Shown here one piece after another: positions 35,319 to 48,010 of a stretch of 64,000 nucleotides of DNA. Numbering within the stretch: the first letter of the stretch is position 1; every line of letters begins with the position of its first letter. This stretch comes from Macrostomum lignano (lineage: Eukaryota): positions 314,839 through 378,838 of the forward strand of contig NIVC01001020.1 of the NCBI GenBank assembly GCA_002269645.1, written 5' to 3'. Under the pieces are notes generated by a model, which was given only the letters and a program-made list of their open reading frames with translations, was not told the DNA's origin and ran no database searches. A program made the position numbers and the translations under genes.

Positions 35319-35805
35319 CACTGTTTCTTACCCACTGTTTCACCCAATGTTTCACCCACTGTTTCACCCACTGTTTCACCCACTGTTTCACCCACTGTTT
35401 CACCCACTGTTTCACCCACTGTTTCACCCACTGTTTCACCCACTGTTTCACCCACTGTTTCACCCACTGTTTCACCCACTGTTTCACCCACTGTTTCACC
35501 CACTGTTTCACCCACTGTTTCACCCACTGTTTCACCCACTGTTTCACCCACTGCTTCACCCACTGTTTCACCCACTGTTTCACCCACTGCTTCACCCACT
35601 GTTTCACCCACTGCTTCACCCAATGTTTCACCCACTGTTTCACCCACTGTTTCACCCAATGTTTCACCCACTGTTTCACCCACTGTTTCACCCACTGCTT
35701 CACCCAATGTTTCACCCACTGTTTCACCCACTGTTTCACCCACTGCTTCACCCACTGTTTCACCCACTGTTTCACCCAATGTTTCACCCACTGTTTCTCA
35801 CCCAT
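35319..35805. repeat. 12-bp minisatellite (CACCCACTGTTT), ~40 copies
   Basis: Directly visible. Confidence 0.97.
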
Positions 35806-35814
35806 TGTTTCTCG

Positions 35815-36375
35815 GAGAGTGGAGAGAGGGTGAGAGTGGAGAGAGGGTGAGAGTGGAGAGAGGGTGAGAGTGGAGAGAGGGTGAGAGTGGAGAGAGGGTG
35901 AGAGTTGAAAGAGACTGAGAGTAGAGGGTGAGAGTAAAGAGAGGCTGAGAGTTGAAAGAGACTGAGTGAAGAGAGGATGAGAGTGGAGAGAGGGTGAGAG
36001 TTGAAAGAGACTGAGAGTAGAGGCTGAGAGTAAAGAGAGGCTGAGAGTTGAAAGAGACTGAGAGTAGAGGGTGAGAGTGGAGAGAGGGTGAGAGTTGAAA
36101 GAGACTGAGAGTGAAGAGAGGCCGAAAATGGAGAGAGGTTGAGAGTAGCCGTAGAGGGTAAGAGTGGACAGATGCTGAGAGTTGAAAGAGACTGAGTGAA
36201 GAGAGGATGAGAGTGGAGAGAGGGTGAGAGTTGAAAGAGACTGAGAGTAGAGGGTGAGAGTAAAGAGAGGCTGAAAGTGGAGAGAGGCTGAAAGTAAAGA
36301 GAGACTGAAAGTGGAGAGAGGCTGAGAGTGGAGAGAGGGTGAGAGTGGAGGGAGGGTGAGAGAGGAGACAGTGTG
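35815..36375. repeat. Diverged 17-bp purine-rich minisatellite (GAGAGTGGAGAGAGGGT)
   Basis: Directly visible; abuts the 12-bp array. Confidence 0.9.
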
Positions 36376-38966
36376 AGATAATTAAAGAGAGACATCGAGA
36401 GATTATTTCCTAATCCAATTTAGCTGTACAGAGCATGGATATACATGTACCTGTATCTATCACACAATGCGCATATTGTATACCAGGTCAATCATTGCCA
36501 ATTGATTGCATGGTAAATTAAAAGCAAGTAGTGTAGCGACATACTGTCCGGCTGTTGTATGGTCAGAACGGCGTACAAGCACGAGTATACTACATGGTAC
36601 CCAATGTGATGTACAAATGTACATTTATAGCTATTATACGTTCAAATAGTTTTAGAACGTATTTTTTAATGAACAGGGAGAACATCCGAAATCAAAGTAA
36701 ACGATTACATGTACATGTGATGTACATGCATTTTCGTGCCATACATTTTGATTGTATTAAGAGCGATCACAGTAACTTTTGAGTGAGTGATCATGTGTGC
36801 GAGTGAGTGAGCGAGTGAGCTAAATGAGAGGGTGAGAGAGTGAGTGAGTTATATAGTGATTGAGTGATTCAAAAGTGAGTATATGAAAGCTGCTTACCAG
36901 GCCTCGGTACAACTCGATCGAGGCCCAGCTAGTACAAATCACGGACTACTTGAGTGTCGTTTTATAGGAAGCCTGTACATGTACACGTACTCGTAATAAA
37001 AACGGTATGGCTGCACGACTCACCAATGGCACATTGGCAATCGAACATGCTCGAATCACTCATGAAAACTAACATTATAACAAATTATAACAATGACAAC
37101 CAACTCAAGGACCACATTCAAAACTGCGAATTAAGAATGTAGTTAAGTCAAGAGCCTTTTTTCACAGCTTTCTACTAAAAGTAGCTGTTTATTTAGGATT
37201 GATAGTTCCTTTACAATTCAAATTGAATGAAAAAAACGAGGGCTCACTCACGGTCTCGCACCCACCCGGCCCGCTCACTCACCGGTTCCTCTCTCGCGGC
37301 CTTGTCGTCCCCATCTCACCCCTCCCCAGCACCATCCAATAACATGACGAGCCAAATTCCTCCCCCCTAGCTCCCCCAAGTGTGGCGGTCTTGGTGTGTG
37401 GCGGTCTTGGTCCTACACCAGCTACGGCGGCTACCATGACAAGAACCACTAGAAGTTACTATTGTATTTATTAATAAAATATTTCTTTATTTTTTTTAAT
37501 TTAACCATCATAGTATTTGCACAGCAAGTTTGTCACTTCATTTAGATGGTATTTGTTTTAAGTGTAAAACTGTAAAAATAACTGTCTCACTATTTATAGA
37601 GTCACCATAACATAACAATAACAACTGCCTCACAAAAACTAGGCCTACTTCTTATTCCAATTTGCCTTTTGTATGCATATTAGGTCACGGGACCAGGACG
37701 CTCGGCCTCAATGACTGAATTCATTGTAGGCCTACTAATGCAATGGCTACCCACTAAATTTAATGCTTAGGATAAGCCATATGTTTTGCCTTTGGCTTTG
37801 AAGTAGGCCCTAGGGAGGGCGGCTAGGGCCTACCCAGTGTTCCTCATGCCGGAATTATTCCGGAATTTAAAGCCGGAATAATTCCGGCATAAATGTCTGG
37901 CTACTATTCCGGAATAATTCCGGCATGAAAATTCCGCCTACATTCCAGAATTATGCCGAAAATATTCCGTTAGTTCATGTTTTTTAATTGCATGGCTGGC
38001 CACCTAATTGGCCTAGTTTTCATGTTAAGCCTTTTTTATAATAGGAGAGCTTTGATAATTTTGGCTAAATATCCTTTCAAGGGTAGTTCTAGTTCATGCG
38101 CTTTTCTGTCATGCTTGTTTGAAGCTCGTAGCTCGTAACTGTAGAGAAAGTGCTTTTCTCATAAAAGAAGTTTTCCAAAACATTTTAACCCAGCTTAAGA
38201 CAAACAATTGCATGAATTCAATAGTCGCAGCTGACATTAAGTTATTAACAACAATAAACGCAAAACGATATTGCGATGTGACAAAAATTATAGCTACATG
38301 GTTAAAAAGAGACAACCAGAATGGATGAGACCACTTTATTTTGACAAAGAGAAAATGTGTTTTGTGTTTTTACAGTTACATAATTAATGATAAGCGCAAT
38401 ATGTGCGCAAGTACGTAGACATGGGTTTGTAAAAAGCAGCTGGCGCAAATACGTAGTAGAAAACTAAATACAAAAGGTGGATAGTGCAACAAATAACAGA
38501 TCTGCGATTAATATTGCATAAAGAAAATTAAGTAACAAAACGTAAGTAAGTATATTGGATACACGAAATTCGGTTAAATAACTTCAAATAAAAATTTGAT
38601 AAAATTTAGGACAAAAACGACGTGCATTTAAATATGATGGAGTGTAAAGTCTGCATTAGAGTCAGAAGTCATGCGCAACTCACATACATGTGTACATTAA
38701 ATTGCATTATGCTACATTGGTGCAAAGTGACGCAATAAGTATGCACACAAATAAAAACGAAATATAGCAAAAAACTAAATAACAAAACAAAAGCAAAATA
38801 CTAGGCACAAAGCAGATATAAATTATGAAATTATATAATTATGAAATTATATAAATTATCGGTGGAGAAATCCAACCGGGGGCGCTGATGATTGCTAGAC
38901 CCCTAAAAACTTGTTGAAACGGGAATGCTTAGAAAAGCACATCAATAAAGAAACAAACTGGGGACT

Positions 38967-40925
38967 TCAGGGACTGGTATTAGAGGCATAGGGTATAATA
39001 ACGAACCCATTTTCGGTTGGAATACAAATGGCCTTGCCAGTTGGATGCACAGTAACAGACGTAGCATGACACCTCACGATATAGTAGCCAATTCCTAGGG
39101 TGGAACTGGGGTAAGGATACTTGTACAAATCTCGCGAAAACTTAAGACTATGACCTGTGACAGAGCCATCATCGTGCGTTGAAGTTATTAGTAGTACCCT
39201 TGTACCAACCATAGCACAGTTGTTAGGAGCCGTGGACCTAAAAGCAAGGTCAGCGCAACTGGGGCTGGAAAGAGTTTGCATAAACTGCAATTGTGATAAC
39301 GCGTGTTCAAAAAAAAACCTTGTTTTTTTGGTTCGACTCTTAAGCACGTTAAGATAGGCTTCAAACGGAAAGGTTGAAAAATTGTCTAGCTCTCCAAACT
39401 GCTTGACGCACTCTGCTAAATGCAGAATCGCATGAAAATTGTACGACACGGCATGTTCACCATACAGTACAGGAACTTGGCTAACAAAGGTTTGGATACA
39501 ATGAGCAGCGTGGTCTCTCAAATGCCTGAACCGCGGAGAGCAAAAGACATAAATTGAAAAATGCAGTAGCATGAAATGATCATAGTAAAGGCCAGACAGA
39601 ATGTCTTTAAAAAGAAACGGACCAAGGTACAACAAATGAAGACGATACTCAGTGGCTTTAAAATTGACTAATTCAGTATCGAATCGTCGTGGGCGTCGTT
39701 GAAATTCAGAGGGGATATACTTGGCTAGGCTATGGGAGAGATCTGAAAGCCTTGTCAGCTGATCAGCAGTAACACGACCACGAATCCGAAAACCTTTTAC
39801 TAAACTAAACATCCAGGAAAAAATACGGCGAGTAATGCCAAGAATGGCAGCATGCTGATAGTCTAGAGGAAAACCAGTTAGCAACCCTGTGATTTCATGC
39901 AGAGGGGACAGAGACGATTGATTATTCTCTCTCAAAGCACTGTAATCCTCATCAGTACGAGGCTCTCCAGGAACAGTGGAGTACACAACTCGACTTAACA
40001 GCGTTCGACCAACTGAGCGGCAGAAACCACATCCTCGATGGGCTGTATGCGATGCAATGCATTGGAAGTAAGCACGAGCAACTGCATCACAGATGAATGC
40101 CACATTGCCGAGCTTTACTCTTCCATTCTGCACCATCATTCCAACTGACTTCAAAACCTTGATCTCGTTAATGAGCTTACGGAGGAAAGGCTCAATTGGT
40201 GGCTTTCCAACTCCACAGTATAGCCCTACTGGATAGACTCGACTGACAGGCCTTCCGACACTAGAGAACTGAATCAAAATTGGCCAAAATTCTGTCTTTG
40301 AACTCTTCCAAAGTGGCAAGCCATCGATGTTGACTTTAAGGTCCAGAAAATTGTCTGTTTCGCTACGTAACTTGACACTCATCAACTTCAAGGCTATTGG
40401 AATACTTTTGCTTATCGAGAGATAGGCAAAGTTCCCTCCTGGCATGGCTTCCTTGCCAACAGTTGAGTGGGACATGTTGCTCTTCTTAAGTTGCTTAAAA
40501 TTAGCAGGAACGTCGTGGCCCAGTCGGAGGAGCAGCTGAAGTATCATGGTCACAGCTCGCTGGGGGAGACAAAACAAAAGATAGATCTTCCACAATTCGC
40601 TAATCACAGAGCAACCTTGGCCAACTCCAGTTCCATCTCCATTATCAGTGCCAGCTTCATCTGCGCCATCGACAGCCTCGCAGTCATCATCATCGGAATC
40701 GTCATATGACTCACCAAACAGTTGGTCATGGACAAAATCCTCATCAACCAACAGTTTATACAAGCCATCGTTGTTGACAACGGACTCAATTAAGTGATCC
40801 ATGCCCACAAACTCACCACAAGAACAATCAGTACTCGCGTCCTCCCCGAGATCCATGGCTACCTCACCAGTTGCAGCATCAGAAGAATCCAAACCAAAGT
40901 CTATCCCTGCTAGGTACTTATCCAC
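38967..40925 (-). CDS. EnSpm-family DDE transposase (652-aa open frame; true start probably on an upstream exon)
   Basis: NIDGLPLWKSS...FWPIL, FICDAVARA...HRGCGFC, DYQH, FKATEYRL.LLY.GP, SYNFH..LHL, FPFEAY. Confidence 0.92.
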   Translation of the reverse strand: MDKYLAGIDFGLDSSDAATGEVAMDLGEDASTDCSCGEFVGMDHLIESVVNNDGLYKLLVDEDFVHDQLFGESYDDSDDDDCEAVDGADEAGTDNGDGTGVGQGCSVISELWKIYLLFCLPQRAVTMILQLLLRLGHDVPANFKQLKKSNMSHSTVGKEAMPGGNFAYLSISKSIPIALKLMSVKLRSETDNFLDLKVNIDGLPLWKSSKTEFWPILIQFSSVGRPVSRVYPVGLYCGVGKPPIEPFLRKLINEIKVLKSVGMMVQNGRVKLGNVAFICDAVARAYFQCIASHTAHRGCGFCRSVGRTLLSRVVYSTVPGEPRTDEDYSALRENNQSSLSPLHEITGLLTGFPLDYQHAAILGITRRIFSWMFSLVKGFRIRGRVTADQLTRLSDLSHSLAKYIPSEFQRRPRRFDTELVNFKATEYRLHLLYLGPFLFKDILSGLYYDHFMLLHFSIYVFCSPRFRHLRDHAAHCIQTFVSQVPVLYGEHAVSYNFHAILHLAECVKQFGELDNFSTFPFEAYLNVLKSRTKKTRFFFEHALSQLQFMQTLSSPSCADLAFRSTAPNNCAMVGTRVLLITSTHDDGSVTGHSLKFSRDLYKYPYPSSTLGIGYYIVRCHATSVTVHPTGKAICIPTENGFVIIPYASNTSP

Positions 40926-41391
40926 CTCGCGAAGAACCTTACGTCGAGAAGCCTTAAAAAATCGGGGGTTGATATCTGGTTTAGAAAACTACTAACTGAT
41001 CCTTAAGCATTTAGTCTATTTTTACACTATAGGAAACCAACTATTGTGACAGACTACACATACAAAAAAATGAAACCGATAAAGCTGACACTGACACTGA
41101 AAACACTGACAAAATGGAAAAATAATTGTCAATTAGCTAGTAACAAAAATGAGCGCAATTGACAGTTGTGCCACAGCTTTACAACTGTTCCACAACTGTC
41201 ATTTATTCTGTTCGGCAAAGTAATATATACTCATTAGCATAATTTTGTCACAATTGTGGCAAAGGGCAGTTGAATACAATCATAGATGTGTAAAAGGGCA
41301 TAGTTGTAGCCAGTTGGAAGAATCGCAGCTTTTTCTAGGACAATTATTTCCTACCGGGGTCACCATTTTTATTGAGTGCAACACTATTCAG

Positions 41392-42840
41392 TCAATTTCT
41401 ACTGTCTTCCGAAACGTCAGCTTCATCATCGGAGCTCTGCTGTTCCTGGAACTCTGGGGCAAAAACTCTCGATCGCTTTGCATTGGGGTCTGACTGTGGG
41501 GGCTTCCTTGTCCTTGCTTGTGCCACTTTTAGAGCCGCCACAATCGCCTCTTCAACAAGCTTGGCATTCAGGCTGGTGTCGATGTTGCACACATACTCCT
41601 TGATGAAGTCCTCCAGCTTGCCTTTGATCTTGATCTTCCCATCTGTACCATGCCTGTTACACCTTGCCAGAACTTCGTCCGTAAACAATGCACGCAATGT
41701 GCGACGTACCAGTTCTTTGCCCGAGCCTCCAGCAAAGCGATTCAGATACTGCCCGATGTTACGCTTCTTGTCAGGTTGATCAAGCGAAGAAATTAATTCC
41801 TCAACACCCGCCATCGATGAGACCTGATTCATTGAAGCTTTAGGAAACGAGACACCTGCAGACTGTTCAGACGGCAGAACACTCATCCTATCATTGAATG
41901 ATTTGAGTTGACTCTCCAGAGTGAGAACCTTTTTGAGAATGACAGAGCACAGAAAATTAGCTGACTCAATCGTGTTCGGTCTGATTTTATGTCGCTCCAG
42001 TAGCCTGTCAACGCTGTCAGTTGAAAAGCTCCCAGCAAATGAGACACTCTTGCTAGCATCAGAGCGCTTAGAATTGGGATCGAAATTTGCTCCATCCCTA
42101 TGACTACACTGTGGCATGGGTGATGACAGTATTGGTGTTGGATGCTGGCTGCTTTCTGGCATGGAGTATGACGAAGGTGGCTCTTGATGGCTTGTTACCA
42201 CAGCTGCTGACATCGGTTGCAGGTTTCCTCTTGGCGTGTGTGGCGACAGTGAAGGTGGCGGTGCAGACAGTGGTGGCATTTGTGGCATGGAAACAGGACT
42301 AAATCTTGAAACAGGAGAAGCAACTAGTGACAACCTGGCAGAATTCCCAACAGTTTCTGAATGCCTTTTGGTTGAAGCAGACCTTTTGGAGTTTTCACTC
42401 AATGGCTGGGAACTACTGTTAATATGCTGCAAGTTGCTCTCTCCTGTTGCAAGTCTTTCCAAATCTGTGGCACTGTCAGACAAATCAGTATCAAAGCAGT
42501 TTAATGGCTTCCAGACAAACCGCTTTGATGGATCAGACACACGGCTAACATAATCTAGATCACGTAACATTCGCTCAATTGGCCACTTTTTGTATGTCTT
42601 ATGTTCGGTGACATGATTCAAAACAGGCTGAAGAGATGATTTTGCATGACTAGCTTGTACAACTATTGCTGAATGGGGCTTACCATCATACTGTGCAGAG
42701 ACAATCACAACTTCTGATGGAGCCTTAACAAGTGCCTCAAAGTGACTTAGGCTAAAGTCAGTCTGGTTGCTATGAAGAATCTCAAAAGTTTTGTCACTTG
42801 GAAAATATAGTAAGAGGTGTGTAATATCTTGGAAAGCCAA
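41392..42840 (-). CDS. EnSpm accessory ORF with C-terminal DUF4806/BEN-like domain (482-aa open frame)
   Basis: C-terminal GGSGKELVRRTLRALFTDEVLARCNRHGTDGK; Ser/Pro-rich middle; lies inside the TIRs and co-oriented with the transposase. Confidence 0.7.
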   Translation of the reverse strand: MAFQDITHLLLYFPSDKTFEILHSNQTDFSLSHFEALVKAPSEVVIVSAQYDGKPHSAIVVQASHAKSSLQPVLNHVTEHKTYKKWPIERMLRDLDYVSRVSDPSKRFVWKPLNCFDTDLSDSATDLERLATGESNLQHINSSSQPLSENSKRSASTKRHSETVGNSARLSLVASPVSRFSPVSMPQMPPLSAPPPSLSPHTPRGNLQPMSAAVVTSHQEPPSSYSMPESSQHPTPILSSPMPQCSHRDGANFDPNSKRSDASKSVSFAGSFSTDSVDRLLERHKIRPNTIESANFLCSVILKKVLTLESQLKSFNDRMSVLPSEQSAGVSFPKASMNQVSSMAGVEELISSLDQPDKKRNIGQYLNRFAGGSGKELVRRTLRALFTDEVLARCNRHGTDGKIKIKGKLEDFIKEYVCNIDTSLNAKLVEEAIVAALKVAQARTRKPPQSDPNAKRSRVFAPEFQEQQSSDDEADVSEDSRN

Positions 42841-44647
42841 TCTCGAAGCCTGGAAAGGTAAATGTAGAACAATTATGCTTAAATTAAAAAAATAAAACCT
42901 TTTTTAATGCAGAATTAGTACATTAACAAATAAATTTTAGAATGTAGTAATAAATTAAAAAAAATTTGATACCTAGACTAGATGATACCCAACATATCTA
43001 TAAAGATTAGATAATATTTAGTATAAGTGGATTTTAATATATAAAATAGCCTAAAGCCTACTCTGGAAAAATTTCTGTTTTTCCATATAAGTTTTGATGC
43101 TGACTTGTCAGAATTGTAGGAGTTCAATTGCAACAAACATACAGACAGACAAACATTGTGTCAGTTTTAATATTAGGAGAGGATAGCATATAGCAGGTCT
43201 TAGAAAAGGTATTTTTAAAATTACATATTTATATAAGTGTCTATATTAAGAATATTTGTATTTTATTTGAGGCTATTTATTTTAATTTACTTTATATCCA
43301 AGATTCTTAGCAAATTCAATCAATATTTGATTAAGAAAAAAATCAAAATCTTGACTTGATTAAGATTGAAATCTTGTTTCACTTTACTTTAAACTGCTTA
43401 CTAAGAAGATTAAAAAATAAAAGCTAAAGTTAGCATATTAAAAGTTAAAACTAACTTAAAAAGTAAAAAAATATATAGGCCCTTAATTCAATATTGTTAG
43501 GCCTACTATATTATAAAAAGTACTTCTTTGTTGTATATCTTAGGCAGGCTAGGCCTAGACCTTAAGCTTTGCAATAGTATAGTGTAGCACCAAAATTTAA
43601 CAATTTATGCAGTAATAGTAGACATAAGACAATCATATACCATGTGTAATTTTTTTCAAAGGCCATCCATCTTTTAGTTTAAAAAGGTAAATATAGAAAA
43701 ATTATCCTTTTTATACACTTTGCCTAGGCCTAAAAGCCTTTACAAAGAGTCAAAATTTAAAATTCAATATTTTAGGTCTCAGCTAAGCCTAAGGGTCTAA
43801 TCTACTAGATTAGTTAGTTCAATCAAAAGCATTTTTAGCTTAAAACTTTTTCAACTTAGCCTTAGGCAAAATTAATATTAGAGAGTTGTTATTGTTAGTG
43901 ATTATATAAACAGCGAGATAGTTATTTTTACATTCAAAACAAATACTATCTAAAAGTAATAAACTTGCTATACAAATACTAAGACGATTAAGTTTAAAAA
44001 ATAAAGAAACCTCTTACTAATAAATATTTTAGTAACTTTAGTGGTTCTTGTCGCGGTAGCTTTGTTTTAGGTAATTGATAACTATTAATTTATAATTTAA
44101 CTAAACTTTTTTTCCACATGACCATAAAAATAGCCATTTTGCTTTCTATCTACAGTGACAACAAAAATACCCATTTCTATTTTTATGGTTACATTAAATT
44201 AAGACCCTAGGCCTAGATAGCGTCTTATGTGTTAACTGTAAAAATAACCATTTTAGGGGCCTATTATTTATATGGTCAATGTAATAATAATAACTGGATT
44301 AATATCAAGCCCTAAATATTAGGCTTATAATAGTTATATCTTTAAGGTTTAGAATAGTTTTTAATAAGTTAGGCCTAGCTTAAAACTTTTTAATTAGGGG
44401 CCTATTCTATTAATTAGTATAATTATAAAATTATTTAAAATGATGTCTACTAGATTCTTTGCCTTGTTTGATTAGGGTAAGGCTAGGCCCCTATAAAATG
44501 TCATGGTCTATCCAACCCAAGCATCCACAGGACCATAAGCATATAAATAATTTTAATTCTTAGCAAATATTTTTTTTAATTTTTTCACCTTGGCCTGATT
44601 CATTATGCTTTAAAACTTATAGGCTAAATTGTTTATTAGTCTACTAG

Positions 44648-45138
44648 CCTGGATGGAATTCTTGCAGAAAAATCACAACATGTTATGCGATTGCATGAAA
44701 AAAATGCGATTTTGCATCAAAAAATCTGGAAAAAATGCGTCGCAGAATTTCAGACAAAATTGCTAATTCTTAATATATGCAAAAGTGCGCTTGAGATATT
44801 GGATTTTGCAAAAGATAATCCTACTTGCTAAGATCACGAAGAAAAAAAGAATAAAAAGTAAAAACTAAATAAGGCACAAAAGTAAAAATTCAAAAAAAAT
44901 CTATAAAAAGTAGAAACTTGTAACATTCTCTAACATACGTATTTGGACGAAAATTCAAATCACTACATTTTCTTAGAATGCATTTTTTGTTATTGTCTTT
45001 TGTTATTTTGTTATTTCATTATTTTGCGACGTGCTAAGTACCAAAATAAAAAATGCGACCAATAAAAAAATATTTTGCGCGCCATAAAAAAATCGCATAA
45101 TTCCGTTTGACTTAAGAAATACAAGAATTCCATCCTGG
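44648..45138. mobile_element. MITE nested in the EnSpm element, 8-bp TSD
   Basis: TIR CC[T/A]GGATGGAATTCTTG; TSD TCTACTAG/TCTACTAA. Confidence 0.8.
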
Positions 45139-47594
45139 TCTACTAAGAACTTTTTCACAAAATCTTGTCTAGCTAGATCATAGATGACTTTGCATGGGTC
45201 CTATGCTATCTATATAGACATTTGTATAGGCCTACACCTTGGTCCTTGCATTCGCCATTCTTAAATCTATTTAAAAACTAGTAATGTAAAGGTACCTTAG
45301 CTATAGTATGGTTATGGTAGTAGGCCTACCTAGCTATTATGCAAGGCTAGGTGGTCCTATTTCCTATTTTAAACTTTTACACATATGCTTTGAAAAGCCA
45401 AAAAGTGAGAAATGGACCAGGCCTACAGCCAAGGTCCAAGGAGAGAATAAAAAATAAAAATCAATGAATGATTTAATTAAAAAAGTTTACTGGCACCAAA
45501 ACCCATTCATTAGACTATTTAGCGGGCTCGTTTCAATTTCATAAACATGTTATTTCCACGATTTCACAACAAAAGCAAGAGATTCTAACAATGTTTTTGC
45601 TTAATAAAGTATGAAAGGTGCAGGTAACGTTCTAAGAAAGTGCTCCATATAGTCAGCCATATTGAATATGTCATTTAAAACAAAGCCTAGCTAAAATAAC
45701 TTTTATACTGTATGAAATCGCTTTGAATCAGCTAATTTTATTATTTAAACGATTATTGTCTCTTATTTGAGTTGTTACATACAGAATAAAATCTATCTAA
45801 AAATACACAGCAATGTTTTCAAATTCACCTGGAACGAGAGTGGTAATATTTCGATCGGAATAATTCTGTAAACAATATTCCAAAAATATTCCAGAAAAAA
45901 ACTGACTTAACTGAAGTATATTAGGGTTTCTTATTGCCATCAGTTAATGTTTCTGTTAGTTTCTCTTAAAAATAAACTAATTTTTGCTATATTCCGAAAA
46001 TATTCCATGTGCCAGAATTATTCCGGAATAATTCCGGCATTGGGAACACTGGGTAGCCCTTTTTGCTTACTTTTTGACATATCTAGGAAAAAACAAGCAA
46101 TAAAGTTTTGTCATTGTCTCACGTAATGCGATCTGAATGTAGGAAAGAGGTTTCTAAGCAAAAAAGTTGGCCGCTGCCTGCTTAGAAAGACCCATTACTG
46201 GAGCACGCATATGCCTATCACGTGTCGTGTGATATGGCGCGACAAGATTTTAAATGAAGTTAAAAGGCATTATCTGCACAAAGCTTCAAAAAACGCGAAT
46301 TAGCTAGCTTTGTTTTTTAGCTTTTTTCTAACTTTTTATTCGCCTTTAAATCGGTCACTCTGCACTTTAATTTTTACAGTTTTATTTAAGTTTTGTTTTA
46401 AGCTAATTAATTGTAGCGAACGCGAACTTAAATGAATCAGGCTTGAAGGCAAGAACTAGCTTTGCAAGCGGTGGCACTTTTGTTTTGTCTTTGATCACTA
46501 GTTTTCCATGTGGAAAAGATAGGCTCGAGTATACGGAGTGTCGGGTGCTTTTAGTTAATCATTTATAGACAATGATTACGGTGGGTTCTCTACACTCTTC
46601 CGTTGCACCGTGTGTGTACATGTTCGTGGTACATGCATGTACGCCGTGGTATATGTACGACTTCTGTACATGGAGCCAAACATATAGCTTCTTATGTAGC
46701 TACGTATGTACCTACGATGAGAGGATATTGGTAAAGTTCCGCTTCGAACTGTGTTCCGCGATTGGGATGACCACTACATGTAGTAGCTAGGCTCTTAATT
46801 ATATTGGCATTCTTCATATCGATCGATGGCCCGTACACGTACATGTACATGTACTCCTCCAAATCATGAGATTCATGTGGCTGTAGTGTGTAGAGTTGTG
46901 CATGTGCACTTTCCAGTTTGTTTTAGCTCGGCGTTTGGGCCGGCCAACTCCCAGTGTACTGCCCTTCTCTGATCGAGAAGCTGGCTTTACTATTGTCAGC
47001 TCTGCCCTTCCGGGTTCGGGCCACGCTGATTGACTGCACCCTTTGCCTGGTTTCGCTCTCGATCTAGATCTGTTCCCCTTTTTGCGTGTTAGGGTCGGTT
47101 TTGGGTATTACATGTATTGGCCGGAGGTTGAGTACATGTACTCTTGCTCCGCCCGGTTTTGACACCAAATTGAGGGTTAAAAGCTAGTTCAAATAGAGAC
47201 CCCCAAAAGCGAAGAGACTACACAGACTACACAGACTAGCCTTCCTACGTGCAACAATTCAGTGCGCACAACCTACGTATTTTAAAGTTCATCGACGTGT
47301 CACTATTTCACAATTATGGTCAACTGAAAAGACCAAAAAATAAAGGCGTGATGATTGAATTGTCTTTGGACTGTCGTCCTCCGCATTTGAAATTTGATGA
47401 TGCACCAGATCCTGTTTACTACATTTCGTGGTGCCATGCAAGTAGCAAGTGAAGCTCTGAATGTGCCGTACTGGGTAGCTACCAGTACATGTAAATTTAT
47501 CTAATTTCGTGACTTGTTAAGGGCACGGTTTAGTCAGTGCACATAGTCGTCGCTACTACTCGTACTACGTATATATGTACTACTATGAGTGCCT

Positions 47595-48010
47595 CGTCCG
47601 ACTTCTTAACCATGTGTGGAGTGGTGATGCCTGAGAGCTCTTAGATGGCCGAATATAGTCGGTGTCGATTAGCTGTTGAAATTCTTCTCAGGCCACGCGG
47701 CCAACTTCTCCACGTGCAGCTGACGGGCTCTGGAGTGTACCGGGTATTGGTTGCTGGTGTCGATTCGATGCACTGTGTCGTGCTGAACCACATCAAACTC
47801 CTTTCGTAGCTGGGCGAATTTTTCCTGGAAGCGGTCGATCAACTGCGCTTGATCCGTGCGTTGCAGCCTACCGGATAGGCTGGTGTGACGGTAAAAGCTG
47901 GGATGCTGAGGGTGGTAATGGAATTCTGGCGTATGAAGTCACGTCGTGGGATCTACCAGAAGTCGTGCCTTGCAGTCAGAAATTCGGTAGGAAATCGTAG
48001 CCTAGTATTG
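47595..48010 (-). pseudogene. Decayed Gypsy pol fragment (protease end to RT start)
   Basis: Hand translation with frameshifts: ILGYDFL; VVQHDTVHRIDT..PVHSRARQL; EFQQLIDTDYIRPSKSSQASPLH; MVKK. Confidence 0.7.

Larger units (their letters stand above)
33792..37419. mobile_element. Unclassified 3.6-kb TIR-bounded element carrying several satellite arrays
   Basis: GACCAAGACCGCCACACACCAAGACCGCCACA at ~33799 and its exact reverse complement at 37381-37412; ends are GGYGYA-like; no TSD and no transposase found. Confidence 0.6.
37833..46053 (-). mobile_element. Full-length EnSpm/CACTA (CMC) DNA transposon, 8221 bp
   Basis: Termini CCCAG...CTGGG with TA on both sides (2-bp TSD); 34-bp TIR with 2 mismatches; subterminal CCGGAAT[TA]ATTCCGG palindromes; two long ORFs. 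Confidence 0.92.

Noticed and set aside
35305-35867. Mucin-like (SPTV)n ORF
   Set aside because: The 12-bp array is open in several frames on both strands, with no supporting exons.
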